Assembly: GCA_038253825.1 (NCBI GenBank)
Contig: JBBSGT010000001.1
Location: forward strand, 11,819-75,818
DNA length: 64,000 bases
Source of the DNA: Candidatus Levyibacteriota bacterium
Lineage (GTDB): Bacteria; Patescibacteriota; Microgenomatia; Levybacterales; UBA12049
Direction: 5' to 3'
Shown: piece after piece, positions 29,438-38,247 of the stretch
Layout: the number at the start of each line of letters is the position of its first letter
How positions within the stretch are numbered: the stretch's first letter is position 1
Translations under genes and position numbers: made by a program
Notes under the pieces: model-generated
The model's database searches: none
What the model saw: the letters and a program-made list of their open reading frames with translations, nothing else
Told to the model about the DNA's origin: nothing

Positions 29438-30958
29438 ATGATAAGAAAATTTGCCATAAATATTTTAAAAACTTTTGGAATAGTGATTTTATTTGCGCTA
29501 ACAGTTGTTCCACGGGCATTTGCTGTGCAGGAGGGTGACCTTGGGGCGTATCCTTCGCATTATGATCCTGATAATCCAAAGACAAAATCCTGGTTTATTT
29601 ATGATCTTAAAGCTGGCCAGACAAAAGAAGACAGTATTACTGTTGTTAATAATTCAGATAAATCTCTTGATGTAAAAATCTATCCTGTTGATGCTACTAC
29701 CACAAGCGATGGTGCATTTGCTCTCTTAAATAACGACCAACCCCAAAAGGAAATAGGGAGCTGGGTAAAATTATCCAAAGATCTGATAACAATCGGTCCC
29801 AAAGATCGCAAAGATGTCCCTTTTACTATTTCCCTACCCTCAAATGTTACAGTCGGAGATCATGCCGGTGGTATTATTGTGCAGGAAGCAAAAAAGCCCA
29901 CTATAGCAACTTCAGGGATGGGGCTCAATATCGTTTCCCGCGTGGGTACTCGTATCTATGAAACTGTTCCAGGAAATCAGATAGTGAGCCTAGATGTCCG
30001 TGATCTCTCCTATACAATTAAAGATAATCACCTTGTTTTCACTTTTGTAATGGAAAATAGAGGAAATATTATCTTAACTCCTACGGGGAATTTCCAAATA
30101 AAAGATGGATCGGGAAAAGTATTTGAAACAATCCCACTTGGCAACTTAGGTGCAGTATTCCCAGGAAAGCCCACGACAATTACTGTTACCTCAAAAAAAG
30201 ATGCTCCGTCTTTTGGCCAATATATTGCTACTGTCACGGTTAATTATTCATCTCTCAAATCAATCACAAAAAGTCTGACATTCTTTCTTTTCTTCCATGA
30301 TTGGTCTGTGATTCTTCCTGTGCTTTTATTGCTCCTGCTTATAATTCTTTTCATTATTATAAAAAAGTATTTATCAAGAAAACATAAATTCCAACAAATA
30401 GCACAACCGGAAATTTCTACAAACAAACCACAATCAGCATCATTTGCGGCAAAGAATATATCTGGAGAAAATGTAGATCAAGTATTTATTGCACACCATA
30501 TTAAATTGCTTGGAGTAGCTGTTCTTATAAGCGTTCTTGTCTTGAGCAGCCTCTTTGCATTTATCTTAAAGGACTTTGTTTTTAGTCCCATAATGCCGCA
30601 TGCTCAAGGATCTTCTACACAGTCAACTGTTCCAAGCAACGCTCCGCTTAGCAAACAGAACACAGTACCCACAGAGACAAGCATACCAATTAATAAAGCC
30701 GATATGAAAGTTATTATTTTAAACGCGAGTGGGAAAGCTGGCGTCGCAAAAGCACTTGGGCAGAAATTATCCAAAGATGGATTTTCAGTAGCAAAAATAG
30801 CCAATGCTGAGGGCACTTCGACACAAACAGTTATACAATATCCGATAGGTAAAAATGAAGAAACAGATTTACTTATGGAAGAATTAAAGAATGAATATGC
30901 TTCAGTTACAAAGGAAGCTTCTGATTCCGCTGTTTTTACCATTATTATTGGTAAGTAA
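29438..30958 (+). CDS. DUF916-like cell-surface protein fused to TM segments and a C-terminal LytR_C domain
   Basis: The DUF916-like core is 'KTKSWFIYDLKAGQTKEDSITVVNNSDKSLDVKIYPVDATTTSDGAFAL...VGDHAGGIIVQE'. Two TM helices follow. The C-terminus 'ADMKVIILNASGKAGVAKALGQKLSKDGFSVAKIANAEG...TVIQYPIG' matches the LytR C-terminal domain pattern. Confidence 0.65.
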   Translation: MIRKFAINILKTFGIVILFALTVVPRAFAVQEGDLGAYPSHYDPDNPKTKSWFIYDLKAGQTKEDSITVVNNSDKSLDVKIYPVDATTTSDGAFALLNNDQPQKEIGSWVKLSKDLITIGPKDRKDVPFTISLPSNVTVGDHAGGIIVQEAKKPTIATSGMGLNIVSRVGTRIYETVPGNQIVSLDVRDLSYTIKDNHLVFTFVMENRGNIILTPTGNFQIKDGSGKVFETIPLGNLGAVFPGKPTTITVTSKKDAPSFGQYIATVTVNYSSLKSITKSLTFFLFFHDWSVILPVLLLLLLIILFIIIKKYLSRKHKFQQIAQPEISTNKPQSASFAAKNISGENVDQVFIAHHIKLLGVAVLISVLVLSSLFAFILKDFVFSPIMPHAQGSSTQSTVPSNAPLSKQNTVPTETSIPINKADMKVIILNASGKAGVAKALGQKLSKDGFSVAKIANAEGTSTQTVIQYPIGKNEETDLLMEELKNEYASVTKEASDSAVFTIIIGK

Positions 30959-30996
30959 TATTTCAATCCTTTTCAATTTATTGTATACTTTTATGC

Positions 30997-31755
30997 GTGC
31001 ATGCTAAACGTGTGATTGTTAATACTCATATTGAAAAAACAGCAGGGACGTCCTTACTGCGATTCCTTGAGCAAACCATAGGCAAAAAACGTGTCGCCTT
31101 TTATGATCCGACCACAGACAGCGTGATTAAAATATCAGATCTATTTGTCTCTCCTTCAAATGATATCATTGATCAACTCCAGCTCAAGTCATATGCATTC
31201 TGGCCTCTGCTGAAACGATTTTATTTTAATACCCGATCAAACAAACGATACCAGACTACTGTTCCAAATGACATTGCTATTATTCATGGGCACTTTGTTG
31301 CGAATCGTTTCGATAGTTTACTGAAAGATCCTATCCGGTCAGTCGTGATTCGTGATCCATTAAAACGCATGCGTTCGCAATATGATCACTGGAAACGAGC
31401 AAAAGGAAGAAATCAGTGGCGTATAATGATCCCTTATGATGCCCAAATGAGTTTTGAAGAGTACGCCTTGCTTACTGTCATGCAAAATTATCAGACTAAG
31501 GCACTTGCAGGGAAGGATATCGCATCTTTTGATGTCGTTGGTGTTACCGAGCACATCGATGTTTTTACAAATAAACTGTTTGAAGTGTTGATTGAAGAAG
31601 GACATATAAAGAAAAGCATTCGCATGAATTCAGTAAAAAAGTTAAATCTCCATAAGAAGACTCATGAAACAACAATGGAATTTGAAAAGAAATTTAAAGT
31701 TTTTCATAAAGAAGATTATGAACTCTATAGGCAGGCACTTTCCCTTGCAAAGTAA
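30997..31755 (+). CDS. PAPS-dependent sulfotransferase (Sulfotransfer_2/HS6ST-like family)
   Basis: 252 aa. The 5'-PSB motif 'HIEKTAGTSLLRFL' and the 3'-PB motif 'VVIRDPLKRMRSQYDHWKR' match carbohydrate sulfotransferases. It lies 38 bp downstream of the DUF916-LytR_C gene on the same strand. Confidence 0.75.
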   Translation: MHAKRVIVNTHIEKTAGTSLLRFLEQTIGKKRVAFYDPTTDSVIKISDLFVSPSNDIIDQLQLKSYAFWPLLKRFYFNTRSNKRYQTTVPNDIAIIHGHFVANRFDSLLKDPIRSVVIRDPLKRMRSQYDHWKRAKGRNQWRIMIPYDAQMSFEEYALLTVMQNYQTKALAGKDIASFDVVGVTEHIDVFTNKLFEVLIEEGHIKKSIRMNSVKKLNLHKKTHETTMEFEKKFKVFHKEDYELYRQALSLAK

Positions 31756-31756
31756 T

Positions 31757-32935
31757 TTAGTTTATCCAACCCCAATTGATAAATACGGTTGAGAAGAAGA
31801 GAAGGAAGATTATAAAAATTGCCACCGTACCTTCATACCAAATGCCCTTTAGTTTCATTGCCAAAAATATAAATAAAGGGAAAATCACTGTCTCATATCT
31901 TGCATATGAAGTAAAACTTTTGATAAGAAGTGGCGCAATGCTGAGACTAAGAATAATGTACCACAATTCAGGACGGAGAGCTTTTTTACTTTTAATAAGA
32001 AGAATTAATCCGATTGCAAAGGTAATTATTTCTGTTTTTGAGACATTATAATCATGCCAAGGAAGTGAGAAGAATTGATAAATGGCAAGGATGTTTGTTT
32101 GAACATTTTCAATAAGCGAAACTTTTGGTCCCCAAAAAGCATGGGTAGTTATCCAAACAGTAGGATCACCCATATTTACTTCACCGACATACAATAAAAG
32201 CATAAGTGACGCAAACGGCAATAAAAGTACTGCTGTAGCTTTCCATAAGGAAATTTTTTTCTTTTGTAAATCAGTAATAATTGCATATAGCAATGGAATA
32301 ATAAGAAAAAAACCATTCACTTTTGTTACATACAGAAGTGCCAGTGAAAGTGTAATATGTACCCATTTTCGCTTCACCAAGGCATAACTAAACCAAACCA
32401 AAAGAAGCAAAAAAAGGCTTTCTGCGTAGTAAGCGCGATAAAAAAGACTCAATGGAAAAAACAACATGAGAAAATTTGTGCGCATGGCTATCTGATGAGA
32501 ATACAGTTTGCTGACGACGTAATATGTAGCAAAAAAGAGTGCAATGAGAATAATGTTACTGAAAATAAAAGCCGAAACAGCAATGTTGTGAATAATAGTA
32601 TTTATAAACGCAACGCTATAGGGATAAAGCGGAAAAAAAGCATAGGCATACTGATCCAAAAAGACATGATCCCCATGAGCTTCAATTTCTGATTGTGTTG
32701 TATAACCAGCTTTTGCGATACGGTAATACCACTGACCATCCCAGGCGCTTAGTGCATTGACAAGATTAAAATTCCCTTGCGTTACGCGTGTATCTGCCAC
32801 ATAATGAAAGCCTGTTCCATATAGGTACTTATTAAATGGCAACAATTGGTAGGAAACCATTAAAAAAGCATAATAAAAAAGTTGCAAAGCAATGAAAATA
32901 AGAAGACCAATCTTAAAATACCTCTTAGTGAACAT
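31757..32935 (-). CDS. Polytopic GT-C-type membrane glycosyltransferase (PIG-V/GT76- or DUF2029-like mannosyltransferase)
   Basis: 392 aa with about 10 or more TM helices. The N-terminal loop motif 'ALSAWDGQWYYRIAKAGY' resembles the WDxxWYxxIAxxGY motif of PIG-V-type mannosyltransferases. Confidence 0.5.
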   Translation of the reverse strand: MFTKRYFKIGLLIFIALQLFYYAFLMVSYQLLPFNKYLYGTGFHYVADTRVTQGNFNLVNALSAWDGQWYYRIAKAGYTTQSEIEAHGDHVFLDQYAYAFFPLYPYSVAFINTIIHNIAVSAFIFSNIILIALFFATYYVVSKLYSHQIAMRTNFLMLFFPLSLFYRAYYAESLFLLLLVWFSYALVKRKWVHITLSLALLYVTKVNGFFLIIPLLYAIITDLQKKKISLWKATAVLLLPFASLMLLLYVGEVNMGDPTVWITTHAFWGPKVSLIENVQTNILAIYQFFSLPWHDYNVSKTEIITFAIGLILLIKSKKALRPELWYIILSLSIAPLLIKSFTSYARYETVIFPLFIFLAMKLKGIWYEGTVAIFIIFLLFFSTVFINWGWIN

Positions 32936-33025
32936 ATAATAAATTATTTGTTACTGTAAGCAAGAAGTCAATACGCAGGACAGTTGCTATAGCTTGCAAT
33001 ATGATTTATAATAGGATGCTTTCTT

Positions 33026-35938
33026 ATGGATAAAATAGTTATCAAAGGTGCGCGCGAACATAATTTAAAAAACCTCGATTTGGAAATTCCCAAAAATAAA
33101 CTCGTTGTTCTTACAGGTTTGTCAGGTAGCGGGAAATCTTCTCTTGCGTTCGATACTGTCTATGCAGAAGGACAACGTCGCTACGTCGAGAGTTTGTCTT
33201 CTTATGCACGTCAATTTCTGGGAACGATGAAAAAACCTGATGTCGATTTGATTGAAGGATTGTCTCCGGCGATTTCCATTGATCAAAAGTCAACGAGTCA
33301 CAATCCGCGTTCCACAGTTGGTACGGTGACTGAAATTTATGATTATATGCGTTTGCTTTTTGCTCGAGTCGGGCATCCGCATTGTCCTAAATGCGGTCGT
33401 GAAATTGCCCGTCAATCCAAAGAGCAGATTGTTAATGCAATTCTCAAGCTACAAGAAACGCATAAAGAACTTGGGAAAAAAGATGTCCGCGTTTTAATTC
33501 TTGCGCCCTTAGTCAAAGACCGACGAGGTGAATATACAGATTTATTAGCCAGTTTGAAGAAGAGAGGTTATACCAAAGTGAGAATTGACGGGAGAATTTA
33601 CAGTGTTACTGATGATTTTGTTCTCATCAAAACAAATAAACATACTATTGAACTTGTCATCGACGCTATAGTATTGGGTAAAGAAACCGAGCGGACAAGA
33701 CTTGCAACTGATGTCGAACAAGCACTGCAATTTGGTGATGGTGAGATGATTGTTTCGATTATTGGCGATGCTTCTTTTTCACTTCCCGAAAAACCTGAAA
33801 AGATGGATGATCAGTTGTTTTCAGAAAAATTTGCTTGTCCCGTCGATAATATCTCTCTTCCAGAAATTGAACCTCGTATCTTTTCTTTTAATACGCCGCA
33901 TGGTGCATGTCCGAGCTGTGCCGGTTTGGGAAGAGTTCTTAATGCTGACCCTGATTTGATTCTCAATGACAATTTGACGATTAATGAAGGCGGAATCGTG
34001 CCGTTTTTCAATATTGGTACAAATGATACGTGGTTCTCTCGAACATTTAAAACCTTCTGTGAGGAAAATGATCTCCCGATGGACAAACGTATCGCTGAGA
34101 TGAGTGATGAGCAAAAGCATTTATTACTATACGGCACAGGTGGCAAGAAGTATCTCGTTGAAGGTGAAAACCGTTTTGGTCGTGGTACGGTGATCGAAGA
34201 ATCATTCAGGGGTATCGCGTCTGAATTGAAGCGAAGATATAATGAATCTGATTCACAATTTGTCAAAACACAGATTGATAAATTCATGCGATTTGATGTT
34301 TGTCCTGACTGTGAAGGTGGTCGTCTCAAAAAAGAAGCACTTTCAATTACTCTCAATGACAAATCAATCATTGATGCCTCAACGATGTCAATTGAAAAGA
34401 CGCTTGCTTTCATTACTCATTTACCTGAAGTCATCTCTGCACGAGAAAATGAAATTTCCAAAATGATTTTACGGGAGATTCGGGAGCGATTGAAGTTTCT
34501 GGTCGATGTCGGATTGGAATATCTCACGCTCCAGCGAACTGCCTCGACGCTTTCGGGTGGAGAAGCCCAACGTATACGTCTTGCTTCACAAATTGGTTCT
34601 GGTTTGACGGGCGTTCTGTATGTACTTGATGAACCTTCGATTGGACTGCATCAACGGGATAATTCCAAATTGATTGATACTTTGAAAAAACTACGTGATC
34701 TTGGGAATACCGTTTTGGTCGTCGAGCATGATCAAGATACGATGGAAGCGTCTGATTATCTTTTTGATTTTGGACCTGGGGCAGGAGAACATGGAGGCGC
34801 AATTGTCTCACAGGGAACAGTTGATGAGGTTCGTCATGATAAGGAGTCTATAACTGGAAAATATCTTTCAGGAAAGAAAAAGATTCATGTGCAGAGGGCA
34901 TTGCAAAGCAATGAAGATCCTGAAGTAGTAGCACAACCTGAATATCAAAGTATCAAAATCATCGGTGCTGCACAGAATAATTTAAAGAATATTACTGTCG
35001 AGTTTCCGCTTAATAAATTGGTTGTTGTGACAGGGGTATCAGGTTCAGGCAAATCAACATTGGTAAACGATATCTTTTATCATGCGATGATGCAGAAGAA
35101 AAATCCATTTCATCCGCAAAAACCCGGGAAATTCACAGAAATGCAAGGCTCTGATGCAATAAGAAATGTCTTCGCGATTGATCAGTCACCAATTGGACGG
35201 ACACCTCGTAGTAATCCTGCGACTTACACGGGGGCGTTTACTTATATTCGTCAATTATTTGCCAGCACAAAAGAAGCAAAACTTCGTGGCTATGGTCCAG
35301 GACGATTCTCCTTCAATGTCAAAGGCGGTCGATGTGAAGCGTGTGAAGGAGAAGGGCAGATCAAAATCGAGATGCAATTTATGCCTGATGTCTATATCAC
35401 TTGCGAAGTATGTCAGGGAAAACAGTACAACAATGAAGCATTAGAAATCATGTTTAATGATAAAAATATAGCCGATGTGTTGAATATGAGTGTCGGGGAA
35501 GCGTTGAAATTCTTTCACTTTATGTCAGGTCTCGCACATCGTTTGCAGACACTGCAGGATGTAGGATTATCTTATGTCAAACTCGGGCAACCTGCACCGA
35601 CGTTGTCTGGTGGGGAAGCACAACGTGTAAAGCTGGCAACAGAGCTTTCCAAACGAGGAAGAAATGCGCTCTACGTTCTGGATGAGCCAACGACGGGTTT
35701 GCACTTTGCAGATTTGGAAAAATTGCTGTATGTTCTTCGGAGATTGGTTGATGTCGGAAACTCAGTTATTGTCATTGAACACAACCTTGATGTTATCAAA
35801 AATGCCGATCATATTATTGACCTCGGACCTGAAGGTGGAGAAAAAGGTGGAGAGATTATCGCAATAGGTACACCAAAAGAAATAGCCGAGAACCCTAATT
35901 CTTGGACAGGCAAATTCCTCAAGAATGTACTAAAATAA
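33026..35938 (+). CDS. uvrA: Excinuclease ABC subunit A
   Basis: 970 aa. Tandem ABC ATPase domains (two 'GxSGSGKSS/T' Walker A sites and two LSGGE signatures) and zinc-finger Cys clusters (CPKCGRE; CPDCEGGR; CEACEGEG). Confidence 0.95.
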   Translation: MDKIVIKGAREHNLKNLDLEIPKNKLVVLTGLSGSGKSSLAFDTVYAEGQRRYVESLSSYARQFLGTMKKPDVDLIEGLSPAISIDQKSTSHNPRSTVGTVTEIYDYMRLLFARVGHPHCPKCGREIARQSKEQIVNAILKLQETHKELGKKDVRVLILAPLVKDRRGEYTDLLASLKKRGYTKVRIDGRIYSVTDDFVLIKTNKHTIELVIDAIVLGKETERTRLATDVEQALQFGDGEMIVSIIGDASFSLPEKPEKMDDQLFSEKFACPVDNISLPEIEPRIFSFNTPHGACPSCAGLGRVLNADPDLILNDNLTINEGGIVPFFNIGTNDTWFSRTFKTFCEENDLPMDKRIAEMSDEQKHLLLYGTGGKKYLVEGENRFGRGTVIEESFRGIASELKRRYNESDSQFVKTQIDKFMRFDVCPDCEGGRLKKEALSITLNDKSIIDASTMSIEKTLAFITHLPEVISARENEISKMILREIRERLKFLVDVGLEYLTLQRTASTLSGGEAQRIRLASQIGSGLTGVLYVLDEPSIGLHQRDNSKLIDTLKKLRDLGNTVLVVEHDQDTMEASDYLFDFGPGAGEHGGAIVSQGTVDEVRHDKESITGKYLSGKKKIHVQRALQSNEDPEVVAQPEYQSIKIIGAAQNNLKNITVEFPLNKLVVVTGVSGSGKSTLVNDIFYHAMMQKKNPFHPQKPGKFTEMQGSDAIRNVFAIDQSPIGRTPRSNPATYTGAFTYIRQLFASTKEAKLRGYGPGRFSFNVKGGRCEACEGEGQIKIEMQFMPDVYITCEVCQGKQYNNEALEIMFNDKNIADVLNMSVGEALKFFHFMSGLAHRLQTLQDVGLSYVKLGQPAPTLSGGEAQRVKLATELSKRGRNALYVLDEPTTGLHFADLEKLLYVLRRLVDVGNSVIVIEHNLDVIKNADHIIDLGPEGGEKGGEIIAIGTPKEIAENPNSWTGKFLKNVLK

Positions 35939-36041
35939 AAGAGGAGAAATTTTCAATTCATAATTTTCAATTTTCATTCAGTAATAAATTTATAATGTTA
36001 CAAACTTTTGGAAATTAAATATTGGAAATTGTAAATTAAGC

Positions 36042-37844
36042 ATGAAATTTCTGTCAAAGTTTGTAACTATCACGGCTCTTCTTATAATCTTTTTTCTTCC
36101 GCAAAAAGCTCATGCTGCTTCTAATTTCAATACTGACTATCATATAACCTACACTATTGATCAGAGTGGGATGGCTCACGCCTTAGTGAACGGAACGCTC
36201 TCCAATACGACATCACAATATTATGCTTCATCTTACAAAATGCAGCTCGGATTTACGAATATTTCCAACGTTCAAGCAGCAGATGCTGGAGGCGCGATTA
36301 CTCCTCAAGTGACAAAGAGTACTGATGGTTATGAAATTGGTCTTAATTTTAATCAAAAAGCGGTGGGCCTGGGGAGTCAGCAGCAATTTATTATTACCTT
36401 TGATACGCCTACATTGGCTCGGCATTATGGCAAAATCTGGGAAATTGATGTGCCGGGGATATCCAATCCTGCTGAATTTAATAATTTTGTTGTCCAGTTA
36501 AAAACTCCACCCACATTTGGACAACCTACATATATTAAACCCAAACAAGCGAGTAATGCACTGATTTTTGATAAGCAGACACTTGGTAAATCAGGCATCT
36601 CTATAGCATTTGGAGATAAGCAAATCTATAAATTCCAATTAGCGTATCATATCCAAAATCCCAATCTCTATCCGATTACAACGGAGATCGCGTTGCCTCC
36701 TTCTACAAATTATCAAGATGTCTCCATCACCGATCTGGACCCTGCACCGACCAATGTCGTGGAAGATAAAGATGGAAATTGGCTTGCCCAATATCATCTT
36801 ACCTCGGCACAAAAGTTGGATGTCATGGCCCGAGGTAATGCTGTTATTCATTTGACGCCAAAACAAGATCCACTTTCTCCTGATCAACTCAAAGTGTATC
36901 TCAAAGAGACAAAATATTGGGAAGTAAAAAATAATACCATCCGTGAAGTAAGCGATCAATTGCGTACCCCACAGGCAATTTATCAGTATGTACAAAATAA
37001 ATTGCATTACAATTTCGCTAAAGTGGCAAAAGATGATAAACGACTTGGTGCGCTTGGTGCAATGCAAAACCCAAATCAAGCAGTTTGCCGAGAATTTACC
37101 GATCTCTTTATTGCTTTGGCTCGTGCCGGCGGTATTCCTGCTAGAGAAGTAGACGGTTATGCATATACTCAAAATGCACGGCAAAAACCAATTTATGATG
37201 AGAAGGATATTTTGCATGTGTGGCCTGAGTATTATGATACGGACAAAAAAACTTGGGTTATGGTCGATCCGACGTGGGGAAGCACAACAGGCGGAGTAGA
37301 TTATTTTGACACCTTGGATTTCGATCATTTTGCTTTTGCCATAAAAGGTATGGATAGTGTTTATCCGATTCCAGCAGGAGGATATAAATACAGCAGTAAT
37401 CCATCAAGTAAAGATGTCGATGTTACTTTTACCACTGAGACATCACCTGATACAAAACCGACATTTGAATCAGAAAGTACAATTCCTGATGTCGCAATTG
37501 CTGGGTTGCCGATCTCAGGAAAAATTCAAATACGAAATACAGGTTCATCGTATATCCCTTCACAATTTCTCTATCTCTCAAGCAAAACGTTTTTCCCATC
37601 AGAACAAGTTATGACGATTGCCGGCATTCCACCGTTTGGGACACTGGATGTCCCAGTGAAATTTGCGGCAACCAATCCTTTGACAAACACTCAAGGCGAC
37701 TATACAATACGAGTTGCCGGAAATTCAACGGTCAAACATCTCCAGTCAAAACTCTTTTTTTTGACACCAATGGGAGGAGGAATAGTAGGTGGCATATTTG
37801 TATTATTGATAATTATGCTAGTACTTCGTTGGCAAAGAAAATAA
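36042..37844 (+). CDS. Secreted transglutaminase-like (Cys-His-Asp) domain protein with C-terminal TM anchor
   Basis: Signal peptide. The transglutaminase-core-like region is 'QAVCREFTDLFIALARAGGIPAREVDGYAY ... HVWPEYYD ... WVMVDPTWG'. The C-terminal TM is 'GGIVGGIFVLLIIMLVLRW'. Confidence 0.65.
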   Translation: MKFLSKFVTITALLIIFFLPQKAHAASNFNTDYHITYTIDQSGMAHALVNGTLSNTTSQYYASSYKMQLGFTNISNVQAADAGGAITPQVTKSTDGYEIGLNFNQKAVGLGSQQQFIITFDTPTLARHYGKIWEIDVPGISNPAEFNNFVVQLKTPPTFGQPTYIKPKQASNALIFDKQTLGKSGISIAFGDKQIYKFQLAYHIQNPNLYPITTEIALPPSTNYQDVSITDLDPAPTNVVEDKDGNWLAQYHLTSAQKLDVMARGNAVIHLTPKQDPLSPDQLKVYLKETKYWEVKNNTIREVSDQLRTPQAIYQYVQNKLHYNFAKVAKDDKRLGALGAMQNPNQAVCREFTDLFIALARAGGIPAREVDGYAYTQNARQKPIYDEKDILHVWPEYYDTDKKTWVMVDPTWGSTTGGVDYFDTLDFDHFAFAIKGMDSVYPIPAGGYKYSSNPSSKDVDVTFTTETSPDTKPTFESESTIPDVAIAGLPISGKIQIRNTGSSYIPSQFLYLSSKTFFPSEQVMTIAGIPPFGTLDVPVKFAATNPLTNTQGDYTIRVAGNSTVKHLQSKLFFLTPMGGGIVGGIFVLLIIMLVLRWQRK

Positions 37845-37860
37845 TTATTGCCTCAAAAGT

Positions 37861-38076
37861 ATGCTGACTATTCGAAAAAAAGACAAAAAAGCTTTTATGA
37901 AAGCTCTGACTGCTCTTTCTGGAAATCTTGCTGCTGGTTACTTTGGTCTTGTTCTTATAGCACCAAATTTCTTACCCTTGAATAATGTTATAAACGTGCT
38001 TGTGTTGACTTATGATTTTGTATTGGGTATAGTGTTTTTGTGGATAACATATAAACTTGAAAGGAGTTTGCTATGA
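37861..38076 (+). CDS. Small membrane protein (hypothetical)
   Basis: 71 aa with two hydrophobic helices. Confidence 0.3.
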   Translation: MLTIRKKDKKAFMKALTALSGNLAAGYFGLVLIAPNFLPLNNVINVLVLTYDFVLGIVFLWITYKLERSLL

Positions 38077-38205
38077 ATCATTTTGATTTTTTTAGTTTTA
38101 ACAATAATCTTATTATAACGACAAGTCTATTACTTATTGCGATAGCCCTAGTGTACATTGCTTTTAAACTTTCTGAAAAGCATAAGACGAAACATTCCCA
38201 TTAAT
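38074..38205 (+). CDS. Tiny membrane ORF (43 aa, MNHFDFFSFNNNLIITTSLLLIAIALVYIAFKLSEKHKTKHSH)
   Basis: Read from the sequence; it falls below the ORF-track length cutoff. It overlaps the stop of the preceding small ORF (ATGA). Hypothetical. Confidence 0.2.
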
Positions 38206-38247
38206 TTTGACAGACTCCTCATTTAAATTTACAATACTCTTTAGTCT

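Noticed and set aside
33811..34413. 200-aa and 99-aa antisense ORFs inside uvrA, and a 229-aa antisense ORF 36639..37328 inside the transglutaminase-like gene.
   Set aside because: They are shadow ORFs of highly conserved sense genes (the uvrA identification is unambiguous). No recognisable motifs.
35939..36041. Repeated 'aattttcaatt' words between uvrA and the transglutaminase-like gene.
   Set aside because: Only two or three short imperfect copies. Too little to call a regulatory repeat.
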